From NCBI GenBank assembly GCA_945905735.1, contig CAMDQC010000008.1, positions 1,989 through 65,988 on the forward strand: 64,000 nucleotides of DNA, in the 5' to 3' direction. A model generated the notes under the pieces. It did no database searches, had not been told where the DNA came from, and was given only the letters and a program-made list of their open reading frames with translations. The translations under genes and the position numbers were made by a program. Shown in pieces: positions 35,880 to 44,414 of this stretch (position 1 is the first letter of the stretch; every line of letters begins with the position of its first letter). Source of the stretch: Prosthecobacter debontii (GTDB lineage Bacteria > Verrucomicrobiota > Verrucomicrobiia > Chthoniobacterales > Chthoniobacteraceae).

Positions 35880-36950
35880 TTACAGACCCGCTGCCTTGAG
35901 CCGCTCCAGCAAGTCCGCATGGATAAGAGCGTCGGCCATGTGCTGGATGTCGCCTTCCATGTAGCGGTCGAGCGAATACATCGTCAGCTCGATGCGGTGG
36001 TCGGTGATTCGGTTTTGCGGGTAGTTGTACGTGCGGATTTTCTCCGACCGGTCGCCGCTGCCGACTTGGCTCTTGCGCACGGCGGCATACTTTTCCGCTT
36101 CTTCACGCTGCTTCACTTCCAGCAAGCGGGAGCGCAAAATCGTGAGCGCCTTCTCCTTGTTCTTCTGCTGCGAGCGCCCGTCTTGGCAGCGGACAATCGT
36201 GCCCGTCGGGATGTGCATGACTTGCACCGCAGAGTCCGTCGTATTCACGCCTTGCCCGCCCGGCCCGCCCGCTCGGCAGACTTCGATGCGAATTTCGTCT
36301 GGGTTGAGCTGAAGGTCCACTTCCTCCGCCTCGGGCAAAACGGCGACGGTCGCGGTGCTGGTATGGATGCGGCCTTGCGCCTCGGTCGCCGGGACGCGCT
36401 GGACACGGTGGACGCCGCTCTCAAATTTCAGCTTCCGAAACACCGCCGGGCCGCTGACTTTGAAGATGACTTCCTTGAACCCGCCCATGGAGCCGACGCT
36501 GCTTTCGAGGTTCTCGATTTTCAGCCCCACCGTCTCCGCATAGCGCGTGTACATCCGATAAAGGTCCGCCGCGAAAAGCCCCGCCTCATCGCCGCCGGTG
36601 CCCGCGCGGATTTCCACGATGGCGTCGCGGTCTTCGTTCGGGTCGGGCGGGAGGAGGGCAAGCTGCACGTCGAGCTCCAATTGCGCCGCTCGTTTTTCCA
36701 GCTCGGGGAGTTCTTCGCGCGCCATCTCGGCCAGCTCGTCGTCGCCTCTGGCAAGGTCGCGATTTTCAGCAAGTTCCCGCGTGGCCTTTTGAAAAGCAGC
36801 CCACACGTCCAGCGTCGCCTTCAGCCGATTATGCTCACGGAGCGTCTCCTGCGCTTGCTTTGGATTATCGTACAGGGTCGGAGACTCGATCGCTGCTTCC
36901 AGCTCGGAAAAGCGCTCGCGCTTGCGAAGAATAAGAGGCTCGAAGTCCAC
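35880..36950 (-). CDS. prfA: Peptide chain release factor 1
   Basis: 356 aa. The PATE tripeptide-anticodon region (RVPATEAQGRIHTS) and the GGQ motif (RAGGPGGQGVNTTDSAV). Confidence 0.95.
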   Translation of the reverse strand: MDFEPLILRKRERFSELEAAIESPTLYDNPKQAQETLREHNRLKATLDVWAAFQKATRELAENRDLARGDDELAEMAREELPELEKRAAQLELDVQLALLPPDPNEDRDAIVEIRAGTGGDEAGLFAADLYRMYTRYAETVGLKIENLESSVGSMGGFKEVIFKVSGPAVFRKLKFESGVHRVQRVPATEAQGRIHTSTATVAVLPEAEEVDLQLNPDEIRIEVCRAGGPGGQGVNTTDSAVQVMHIPTGTIVRCQDGRSQQKNKEKALTILRSRLLEVKQREEAEKYAAVRKSQVGSGDRSEKIRTYNYPQNRITDHRIELTMYSLDRYMEGDIQHMADALIHADLLERLKAAGL

Positions 36951-37004
36951 AGAAGTGAGATATTTTGATGAGTCGAAGAAGCGCCACCCAGATGCGGGTG
37001 ACGC

Positions 37005-37054
37005 GGAAAAAAGCAGAGACGGTGGAGGCGCATTTTCAGCGTCTCCACCGTCTC
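37005..37054 (-). terminator. Rho-independent terminator after rpmE
   Basis: The minus strand has a 12-bp stem gagacggtggag/ctccaccgtctc followed by tgcTTTTTTcc. Confidence 0.6.
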
Positions 37055-37073
37055 AGAAATCGTGGGCGGTAAT

Positions 37074-37304
37074 CTAAGCCTTTGCAGCTTTGGAGCGGCG
37101 AAGCTCCATCGTGCCGTAGCGCTTAGAGAACTTCTCGATACGGCCAGCCGTATCGACGAACTTCTGCTCACCCGTGAAGAACGGATGGCACGCGGCGCAG
37201 ATGCCGACTTTCAAGCCCTTACGGGTCGAACCGGTGTTGTAAACGGTGCCACAGGCGCAGGCGATTGTGGTGGCGTTGTAGTCAGGATGGATGTCAGCTT
37301 TCAT
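37074..37304 (-). CDS. rpmE: 50S ribosomal protein L31 (Zn-ribbon type)
   Basis: [10 protein letters not shown]...CACG...[10 protein letters not shown]. Confidence 0.95.
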   Translation of the reverse strand: MKADIHPDYNATTIACACGTVYNTGSTRKGLKVGICAACHPFFTGEQKFVDTAGRIEKFSKRYGTMELRRSKAAKA

Positions 37305-37513
37305 AGTCTTTCCAGAAAAAATTGGGGGCGCAAACTAGTGGGCGTCCGACTTTCTGCAAACAAAAACTCTGCCTATTTTACCGACGGCGCAGCGACGCGA
37401 CGTAATGTTTGCGCTTTTGCTGAATGTGCAGACTGGAGTTTTCGCCAAATCTCCCACTGCGTCACTTCGCTAAATCCCGTGCAGAAGCCGATTTCATTCA
37501 GTAAAAGTCGTGC

Positions 37514-39130
37514 CTACCGCCACCACACTTCGCCCTTGAGCCCCGCGAGCGTCGTGGGATAGGGGGAGTGGACTTGGAACTCGTTGCCGCCGTTTTTCAG
37601 GCGAAGGAGTGGCAACTCGGCGAACTGGAAATCGCTGATGAGCTGCGGCGGCGCGTCAAACTTCAGCAGCCCGCCCGCCGGGACAAAGATGCGCAGCGTG
37701 AATGCTGTGGTCGGCTGCTTGGCGACCTGCGTGACGGCGCTTTCGAGCGGGATTTCGCGCCCCGGTTTGAGCCGCACTTTTCGCCCCGAAGCGCGGTCCT
37801 CAAACTCCAGCTCCACCGCCACGGAACTCGTGAAAACTCCGCCGACAATCGGGAACGGGTATTCGACCCAAACCGCGACGGCCTGCGGCTCCGTGGTCGA
37901 GTTTGCGATGGTGAACGACTCGCCATCGCGGCGAATCTCGACGCCCGCTGGCAGGCTAAAAGACTCGGCGGGGAGTGGTCGGGAGAAGTAGCCGTTGAAG
38001 TAGCGCGGGACCCGCTGCGGATATGCGCCGAGGAAGTAGGAGCCCCAGTTGAAGTTGGAAAAAACGACCTTCTCGCCGGGGGCAAGGCTCGCGGTGATGC
38101 GGTGGTCGGAGCGCGCTTCCACGGGCCTCGGTTTATTGCCTGCGGGATTGAGGAAGTAGCCCGCGTATTCTCGCTCAAAGCTCGGCAATTTTCCGCGCTG
38201 CACGGCGTTGCTAAATAGGGCTCTGTCCCGCCCGAGCTCCGCCACGCCGAGGATCACGCTAGGGTCGCCGGGCTTGTGAAAGAAGACGGCGAAGTCCGCA
38301 TCGAGCAGTATCCAGCGACCGCCGGCAAAGACTTCTGGGACGACATGGACGTTGCCGGAGAGGTTCCAGATACGGGCGTCGAGGCCGGAGAGCTTGGCAA
38401 GCCCGGCGACGGCTTGCGCGGCGTCGTCGCAGAACCCGTAGCCATAGCAGGAGAAAAATTTGACCAAGTCATGTTCCTCGGAGCCCTCCGTGACCGGCAT
38501 GGCGTGAATGCGATGCTCGGCGACAAATTTCCACACAGCGACCGCGCGCTCCACTTCGTCGGTGATATTGCGAAAGCCCGCGCTCTCCACCAGTTTCTCC
38601 GCATCGTCCCAGCGGATGCCGGAGTGCAAGATCGGCATGGGAATAGGCGCGCTCGTGGGGTTAGAGATCGCGTATTGATAGAGCGTCGGCTCTCCGTCGA
38701 GTTCGATGCGGCCCTTGTCCACGGCAAACGCGACCTCCTTCATATCGGCGAGCGTGCGCTGCGGCATCGTCCTCGGCGGCGGCGGGAGCCACGGCGTCTT
38801 CGCGGTGCTGTATTCGGCGGGAACGCTGCGGTTGAGTTCCGTGTTCATTTTCACGGCGAGCAAGACGACATCGTGGACTAGGATGTTCTCCTTGGGCGCG
38901 AGTCCGTATCGCTCGGAAAGGGCGCGCACATACGTCTTATCCTCATGCGAGACTCGCAGGGAACGGTCTGCGGCATTGCGACCCTGCTCCTTTGCAATGG
39001 CGCTCTCAGCGTCGCGCGCGCGCCCTCGGTAGTGAGTTGCGAGCAGCGCATTGGACGCGGCGGCTGCGGCAAAAAGGAAACACAGGAATGTAGGGACAGA
39101 TTTTTTCAAAGGACGTGTGAAAGGAGCCAT
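37514..39130 (-). CDS. Transglutaminase-like membrane-anchored protein
   Basis: Start at ATG 39130 (MAPFTRPLKKSVPTFLCFLFAAAAA). The 275-codon upstream track extension is antisense-frame overlap with asnB. A Cys-His-Asp core is present: YGFCDDAAQAVAGLAKLSGLDARIW...NVHVVPEVF..GRWILLDAD. Confidence 0.7.
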   Translation of the reverse strand: MAPFTRPLKKSVPTFLCFLFAAAAASNALLATHYRGRARDAESAIAKEQGRNAADRSLRVSHEDKTYVRALSERYGLAPKENILVHDVVLLAVKMNTELNRSVPAEYSTAKTPWLPPPPRTMPQRTLADMKEVAFAVDKGRIELDGEPTLYQYAISNPTSAPIPMPILHSGIRWDDAEKLVESAGFRNITDEVERAVAVWKFVAEHRIHAMPVTEGSEEHDLVKFFSCYGYGFCDDAAQAVAGLAKLSGLDARIWNLSGNVHVVPEVFAGGRWILLDADFAVFFHKPGDPSVILGVAELGRDRALFSNAVQRGKLPSFEREYAGYFLNPAGNKPRPVEARSDHRITASLAPGEKVVFSNFNWGSYFLGAYPQRVPRYFNGYFSRPLPAESFSLPAGVEIRRDGESFTIANSTTEPQAVAVWVEYPFPIVGGVFTSSVAVELEFEDRASGRKVRLKPGREIPLESAVTQVAKQPTTAFTLRIFVPAGGLLKFDAPPQLISDFQFAELPLLRLKNGGNEFQVHSPYPTTLAGLKGEVWWR

Positions 39131-40980
39131 GTTTCGAGAACGAGCAAGGCCCAGATTTTCTTCCCGTGGTCGAACCGCCCGCTGCGGTTCTCTTCGATGA
39201 GTTTGCTGATATTTTCCGCGCGGAGGTAGCGGTGGCAGCGTGCGCCGGGGCCGAGGAGATCGCACACGGCGGCGTAGTTCGGCCCGGCAAACCAGCGCGC
39301 CAGCGGGACGGAAAAGCCGAGCTTCCCACGGCCTGCGATCTTCGGAGGGAGGAAGTCGGCGAACAGATCGCGGAGGATCCATTTCGTCGTAGTGCCGCGC
39401 ACTTTCCACCGCGCGGGGAGACGCGCGGCAAGCTCCAGCAACTCGTGGTCGAGGAAGGGCGAACGGGCCTCCAGCGAGTGCGCCATGGTCACGCGGTCGG
39501 CCTTCACGAGCAGCGCGCCGGGAAGGTAATGGTGGAGGTCGGTGTAGAGCGTGCGGTCGAGCCGATTGTCGGCCAGCGCGGCGGCGTAGGTGCGCTCCAT
39601 CGCCGCGTGGCTGGGCGCGAAGTCGGTGGCAAACTCGGGCGTGTAAAGCGCGGCCTTTTCCGCCTCGGTGAAGTAAGAGCCCCAGCGCACGACGCTTGCG
39701 CCGCTGCCCATCGTCGCGGCGTGGCCGAGCTTGCGCAGCGCGGCGAGCGGGCTTTTCTCCACGGGCTTGTTGCCGTTCACGGGGATGCGCGAGAGCACGG
39801 CGTCGGCGGCGTTGCGCAGGAAGGCGGGGACGATGCCGTAGAAATTGGCGACGGCATCCGCGTAGTACCGCTGGTAGCCAGCGAACGCCTCGTCGCCGCC
39901 GTCGCCGTTCAGCGCGACGGTGACGTGCTGGCGCGTGAGCTTGCTGAGATACCACAGCGGGATGGCGGCGGAGTCGGCGAAGGGCTCGTCGAAATGCGCG
40001 ACGAGCGGCCCGAGCACGTCGAACGCCGACGGGCTGACGATGAACTCTTCGTGCTCCGTGCTGAACTTTTCCGCGACCGCCCGGGCGTGGTCCGTTTCGT
40101 TAAAAGCGGCTTCCTCAAAACCAATCGCAAACGTCTTCACCGGGCGCGAAGACATCCCGGCCATGAGCCCCACGATGACGCTGGAATCCACGCCCCCGCT
40201 GAGATGCGCGCCGAGCGGCACTTCGCTCATCAGGCGAATGCGGACGCTCTCTTCGATCTTCGCGCGCACCTTTTCGCGCAAGTCCGCGCCGCTCTCTTTC
40301 TCGCGAAAGTCCAAGTCCCAATACCGCCGCAACGTCACCTTGCCGCCCTCACAAACGAGCGTGTGCGCAGGCGGCAGCTTCCTCGCTGCCCGAAAGCCCG
40401 TGAGTGGGTCCGGCACGTATTGCAGCGTGAGGTAGTGGTGCAGCGCCGCGTGCTCCAGCTCGCGGGGGAAGCCCGGATACGCCAGCAGACACTTCAGCTC
40501 CGAACCGAACAAAAGCCCGCCATCGTGCTCCGCAAAATAGAGCGGCTTTTTCCCCACCCGGTCGCGTGCGATGAAGAGCCGCCGCCGCTTTTGATCCCAA
40601 ATCGCAAACGCAAACATCCCACGCAAATGCCGCACGCAATCGTCCCCGTATTCCTCGTACGCATGGACGATGCACTCGGTGTCGCTGTGCGTCTTGAAGA
40701 CGTGCCCGCGCTGCTCCAGCGCGGCTCGCAGCGCCGGGTGGTTGTAAATTTCGCCATTGAAGACGATCCACACCGAGCCGTCTTCGTTGCAGAGCGGCTG
40801 CCGTCCGGTGGCCACATCAATAATCGCCAGCCGCCGCATCGCGATGCCCACCGGCCCCGCGAGGTGAAAGCCATCGCTATCTGGCCCGCGATGCGTGATG
40901 GCGGCATTCATCGCCGCAAGGATGCGTTGCTCCGCAGGCCGTGCCGCATCGTGGTAAATATAGCCCGCAATCCCGCACAT
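39106..40980 (-). CDS. asnB: Glutamine-hydrolysing asparagine synthase family protein (AsnB-like)
   Basis: 624 aa. MCGIAG (Ntn Cys2) and the PP-loop LSGGVDSS. Confidence 0.9.
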   Translation of the reverse strand: MCGIAGYIYHDAARPAEQRILAAMNAAITHRGPDSDGFHLAGPVGIAMRRLAIIDVATGRQPLCNEDGSVWIVFNGEIYNHPALRAALEQRGHVFKTHSDTECIVHAYEEYGDDCVRHLRGMFAFAIWDQKRRRLFIARDRVGKKPLYFAEHDGGLLFGSELKCLLAYPGFPRELEHAALHHYLTLQYVPDPLTGFRAARKLPPAHTLVCEGGKVTLRRYWDLDFREKESGADLREKVRAKIEESVRIRLMSEVPLGAHLSGGVDSSVIVGLMAGMSSRPVKTFAIGFEEAAFNETDHARAVAEKFSTEHEEFIVSPSAFDVLGPLVAHFDEPFADSAAIPLWYLSKLTRQHVTVALNGDGGDEAFAGYQRYYADAVANFYGIVPAFLRNAADAVLSRIPVNGNKPVEKSPLAALRKLGHAATMGSGASVVRWGSYFTEAEKAALYTPEFATDFAPSHAAMERTYAAALADNRLDRTLYTDLHHYLPGALLVKADRVTMAHSLEARSPFLDHELLELAARLPARWKVRGTTTKWILRDLFADFLPPKIAGRGKLGFSVPLARWFAGPNYAAVCDLLGPGARCHRYLRAENISKLIEENRSGRFDHGKKIWALLVLETWLLSHVL

Positions 40981-41235
40981 AGCCTACCGCGCCGCGAGTG
41001 CCCTAACTGGGCGAAGTGATTGCCTGAACATGCCGATGTTATACGGAGCCCCGCCGAGGGTTGTCCACGGCAGACACTCGGTGGGGGGTATCATACCTCC
41101 CTACGACCCAAGCAGAAGCGAATCGAAGACGCGTAAAGGAGCGGCGCACTTCTAGCCGCCGCCTTCACAGCGCGTAGCAGAGCCGGGCTAACTGTGGGCT
41201 TGAAGGAATCCACTCGGAGCCATAGCACTTCAGCC

Positions 41236-41436
41236 ATGAGCAGCATCGCACAAGAACTCGATCAGCAGATGAGTATCCTCGACCCAGCCACTGCGCGGCG
41301 CATGGAGCAGCTTGTGCGTGATGCGCTCTCGCTGGCGGAGACAGGGAGAAGCGGAGCGTGGCCTGCTGGTTATTTCGAGCAGACAGCCGGTACGCTTGTG
41401 GGTGAGCAATTCGAGCGTCCCTTCCAAGGAACATGA
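41236..41436 (+). CDS. Small hypothetical protein (possible orphan antitoxin-like)
   Basis: 66 aa from ATG 41236 (the track starts at GTG 41194). The C-terminal WPAGYFEQTAG...ERPFQG resembles small partners of PIN toxins from memory; this is weak. Confidence 0.4.
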   Translation: MSSIAQELDQQMSILDPATARRMEQLVRDALSLAETGRSGAWPAGYFEQTAGTLVGEQFERPFQGT

Positions 41437-41606
41437 AAACTAAACACACCTTCCAATTCCAAAAACATGCCGCCTACTTCGCCAAAGTCCGCAAAATGAG
41501 CCCCGCAAAAAAGCGCGCATGGCTCATCGAACTCGGCACCCTCAACCCCGACGGCACCCTCCGCCGCTACCCGATGGACCACGTCCCGCTCGGGCCGAGG
41601 AATTGA
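41433..41606 (+). CDS. 57-aa basic ORF, ATGA-coupled to the preceding ORF (not on track)
   Basis: Hand translation gives MKTKHTFQFQKHAAYFAKVRKMSPAKKRAWLIELGTLNPDGTLRRYPMDHVPLGPRN. The ATG at 41433 overlaps the stop at 41434-41436. Confidence 0.3.
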   Translation: MKTKHTFQFQKHAAYFAKVRKMSPAKKRAWLIELGTLNPDGTLRRYPMDHVPLGPRN

Positions 41607-41650
41607 TTGCTTTTATTACACCAAGCCCATTTTCCCCAATCCAAACAGTC

Positions 41651-42100
41651 ATGAATCACCATTTCAAAATCATCGTTCTCATTCCCCTCATTGCGTTCAC
41701 GCTTTCGTCATGCACTGCGCCTCCAAAGTTCAGTCGAATCAGTATCGGCTACACCAAGCATCAAGTGATCGCCGCACTCGGCGAGCCAAAGCGGACATCC
41801 GCCAACGGCCACGTGGAGCGTTTAAGCTATGAATGGGACGACCCAGCAGATGGGCGCGTTTACGGAAAATGGGCACATGTCCAATTCGTTGATGGGCGTG
41901 TCGTCGCTTACGGCGTTGATGATGCCCCCAGTAGCGGCTATAATTTGGGCGCAGCAATGGCAGCATCCGCTCAGAGCATGGAACGGCAACAGTCAATTGA
42001 TGCGTATAACGCTCGCTCAGAAGCCCTTCGCGCTCCTGTCAACGTGAACTTGCAGGGAACGGTGAATCATAATGTCAGCGGCACCGTGTATCACCGTTGA
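41651..42100 (+). CDS. Lipoprotein, uncharacterised
   Basis: 149 aa from ATG 41651. MNHHFKIIVLIPLIAFTLSSC is a lipobox signal. Confidence 0.6.
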   Translation: MNHHFKIIVLIPLIAFTLSSCTAPPKFSRISIGYTKHQVIAALGEPKRTSANGHVERLSYEWDDPADGRVYGKWAHVQFVDGRVVAYGVDDAPSSGYNLGAAMAASAQSMERQQSIDAYNARSEALRAPVNVNLQGTVNHNVSGTVYHR

Positions 42101-42130
42101 TGAGAGCGATAATTATCCACACTAAAAGTA
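42097..42130 (+). promoter_or_regulatory. Promoter-like module (TTGATG, 18 nt, then shared 14-mer ccacactaaaagta) upstream of ORF 42143
   Basis: The 14-mer at 42117-42130 recurs exactly at 42452-42465. A TTGA-type hexamer lies 17-18 nt before ACTAAA in both copies. Confidence 0.3.
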
Positions 42131-42142
42131 GCACTCACACTC

Positions 42143-42415
42143 ATGGCTAAAAAAGACGAACCGTATCGAGAAATTCTCGTTGAGAGCTATAGACCTTCTT
42201 CAACGTCTGGCTTGCATGGCGACATTCACATACGCCCGGTCGCGGGCCAAGGACTATCTACCGATCTTCAGGTCGAATGCTCAAAGGAGCTTTCGCGCAA
42301 TTATCCCGTCGGCACGCGATTCCGCATTCGAGCCAAGCTCACTGACCGCAAAGGTGGGGGCGAGTATCTCTATAGCTTCCACCTTTGGCCTGTAACTGTG
42401 ATTTCAAAACCCTGA
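42143..42415 (+). CDS. Hypothetical 90-aa protein
   Basis: Clean ORF in a lower-G+C stretch with its own promoter-like motif. No recognised family. Confidence 0.5.
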   Translation: MAKKDEPYREILVESYRPSSTSGLHGDIHIRPVAGQGLSTDLQVECSKELSRNYPVGTRFRIRAKLTDRKGGGEYLYSFHLWPVTVISKP

Positions 42416-42432
42416 CAATCCCAACGAAATTC

Positions 42433-42465
42433 TTGAACAATTGGCTATGAACCACACTAAAAGTA
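42433..42465 (+). promoter_or_regulatory. Second copy of the promoter-like module (TTGAAC, 17 nt, then ccacactaaaagta) upstream of ORF 42484
   Basis: See the first copy at 42097-42130. Confidence 0.3.
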
Positions 42466-42483
42466 TTACTCAGTGGTGACGGT

Positions 42484-42756
42484 ATGAAGAACGCCTTACG
42501 CATCATCGCCCGCACCATCATCAACTGGCTCCTCGGCCCGCCCCTGCCCGTGAAGCCTCCGCGCGTCAGTAGGCGTCGCCATGTTAAAGCCCCGCGCTAC
42601 GGGGAGTTCCGGGGCAACACATACCGCGTCCTCGCCGCTGGCCCCGAACGGGTCCAGCTCCGCCCCCTCAACAGACCAAAATCCAGTGCTTTCTGGGTAT
42701 CCGCAGACCAAGTCTTGCTGGAGCCCGAAGGCCAAGAACTTTCACTCATCGAATAA
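42484..42756 (+). CDS. Hypothetical 90-aa basic protein
   Basis: ORF with an N-terminal hydrophobic stretch. It overlaps the unused 5' extension of the next track ORF. Confidence 0.4.
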   Translation: MKNALRIIARTIINWLLGPPLPVKPPRVSRRRHVKAPRYGEFRGNTYRVLAAGPERVQLRPLNRPKSSAFWVSADQVLLEPEGQELSLIE

Positions 42757-42775
42757 CACACGACTCTGTAACCGA

Positions 42776-43597
42776 ATGGCCTCCATTCCGCCTCAACAAA
42801 CCACCGTCACGCACGGCGAAGATGAGTTCGCTATCACGCTCACCGACCAAGATACCGAGCACGACACGCCATATATGCTCACCTACCTCAATGGACCGCG
42901 CAAGGGCCGCAAGTTCAAGCTCCACCAAGACCCAGAAGACCCGGAAATCGTGTTCAGTGGTTTCGGGAGTGACGTGACCGGCCCGGACTACTTGTTCGAG
43001 GTGGGGGAGGACGGACACATTCAGGAAATCACGCTTCCGGGGGATTCCGAATTACCTACATCCGCAGGCACCGCCGTAGGAAGCAGGAAAGGCAGAAAAG
43101 CTCCCTTCTCACCTAAACCACTGTTATCCATTGCCGAAAACCAACCGTGTGATGTAACCGATCCCTCGGGCATCCCGGCATCACAAGCGGACATTCTTGT
43201 TCTTCGAGCCTTTATCACCAAGTTGGAGCGCGATGTCGTCGAGATTTACAGGTCGAGCGCCTATCAAGAGCTTCGAGTCTCCAAAACCGCGCAATCACTG
43301 AGAGATGAGGTAGCGCATCACGCCATCCAAGAGGCGCGCATAAATGTAACGACTGCTGCCGAAGTCGCCCGGCGCGAACTTACGATTATTCTCGCGGACA
43401 ATGCTGATGCAAATCATACCGACCTCAGAAACCGTATTTCACAGATAGAAGCCACTCTGAATCACGCGCAACTTCAGTTATCGCGCATCACACAGTTGGA
43501 GTTGGCCCTGAGCCGAAGCCGATTTCAATTTTGGTGTGCATTCGCATTACTCGCACTCTGCCTCCTGTCTATGTTTCTTCTTACGCTTCGCCAATGA
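42776..43597 (+). CDS. Tail-anchored coiled-coil membrane protein, uncharacterised
   Basis: 273 aa from ATG 42776 (the track ORF starts at 42581). Acidic N-domain, predicted coiled coil, and a C-terminal TM FWCAFALLALCLLSMFLLTL. Confidence 0.55.
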   Translation: MASIPPQQTTVTHGEDEFAITLTDQDTEHDTPYMLTYLNGPRKGRKFKLHQDPEDPEIVFSGFGSDVTGPDYLFEVGEDGHIQEITLPGDSELPTSAGTAVGSRKGRKAPFSPKPLLSIAENQPCDVTDPSGIPASQADILVLRAFITKLERDVVEIYRSSAYQELRVSKTAQSLRDEVAHHAIQEARINVTTAAEVARRELTIILADNADANHTDLRNRISQIEATLNHAQLQLSRITQLELALSRSRFQFWCAFALLALCLLSMFLLTLRQ

Positions 43598-43717
43598 GCC
43601 CGAAAAATGGGGAACTGGGAGGTGGGGTGTCGGCGACGAAAAAGAAAAATTACACGCTTTCAACTCGTTCCAAACCACTGAGTTGACGCTCCTCAGAACA
43701 TCTGGCAATTTCTGGAC

Positions 43718-43942
43718 ATGAGCACGTTGATTGAAATCGAAGAGGCCATTGAGCACTTGCCACCCGTGAAGTTTAACGAATTGCGGCAATGGATCGAGCG
43801 CCGCAGCAAGGCACCGCAAGTCGCCGATTCAACGCCGCACATAAAGCCCGATTTCCTCGCACGCCAGAGGGCTATCTTCGGCGGGCGGCTATTGCCCGAC
43901 TCTCAGGCAGTGCTGGATGATGTCCGTGGGGACCGATTTTGA
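43718..43942 (+). CDS. VapB-like antitoxin
   Basis: 74 aa. MSTLIEIEEAIEHLPPVKFNELRQWIE is an addiction-module-component style N-terminus. Its stop overlaps the PIN gene start. Confidence 0.6.
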   Translation: MSTLIEIEEAIEHLPPVKFNELRQWIERRSKAPQVADSTPHIKPDFLARQRAIFGGRLLPDSQAVLDDVRGDRF

Positions 43943-44367
43943 TGCGTTATTTCGATACGGGCGTTTTGCTAAAGCTGTATCTCCCAGAGCCAAACTCGCC
44001 GCGCGCGACGGAATTGGTGGGAGATTTGAGCGCGTCGCTCTCTGCGCTGCATCGGCTGGAAATGCAGTCTGCGCTTGGTCAAAAGCTGGGGCGTCGCGAG
44101 ATTACTGAGGCTGAGTACAGAGAGGTAAGGGGGGATATTGAGAATGACGTTGCGCAAGGCGTTTTTATCGCGGCTGTTGTGGATTGGGTCCGTGTTTTTG
44201 CGCGTGCGGAGGGATTGGCGGTGAAGCACGGCGCGGCGACATTGTGCCGCTCGTTCGATACGCTCCACGTCGCACTGGCGCTAGAGTTGGGCGTTACAGA
44301 GTTCTGCACGTTCGATACCCGTCAGGCGACAATGGCGAGAGCGGCGGGTCTGCATGTTGTGCAGTGA
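43942..44367 (+). CDS. vapC: PIN-domain toxin VapC
   Basis: MRYFDTGVLLKLY (first acidic residue), ...SFDTLHVALALE..., FCTFDTRQ (C-terminal acidic residue). Confidence 0.8.
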   Translation: MRYFDTGVLLKLYLPEPNSPRATELVGDLSASLSALHRLEMQSALGQKLGRREITEAEYREVRGDIENDVAQGVFIAAVVDWVRVFARAEGLAVKHGAATLCRSFDTLHVALALELGVTEFCTFDTRQATMARAAGLHVVQ

Positions 44368-44414
44368 GGTGGGGAAATGGGCAGTATGCCTGACTGAGGA
44401 TTTAAGTCGGAGAC

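Noticed and set aside
35880-36950. Programmed +1 frameshift site typical of release-factor genes
   Set aside because: The gene is RF1 (PAT-type motif, uninterrupted ORF). The frameshift is a feature of prfB (RF2).
39131-39955. 275-codon N-terminal extension of track ORF 37514..39955
   Set aside because: It overlaps asnB in another frame on the same strand and is Arg-rich nonsense. A sensible start with a hydrophobic anchor exists at ATG 39130.
39166-41019. 617-aa ORF on the + strand (and similar long ORFs at 30037..31560, 48684..50153, 55166..56572, 24023..25222, 17178..18683, 11721..13034, 46618..47526, 22433..23236, 35919..36968)
   Set aside because: All lie antisense to genes with strong family motifs (asnB, CotH protein, PBP2, murA, DUF1501 and others). 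They are Arg/His/Gly/Ala-rich with no recognisable motifs, which is the typical shadow-ORF artefact of high-G+C DNA.
40981-41235. Possible ncRNA or tRNA-derived attachment site at the left edge of the islet
   Set aside because: Only one modest hairpin (ccaccgag...ctcggcgg) was found, with no cloverleaf. No repeat of this sequence appears at the right edge (45853-46025), and no integrase is present.
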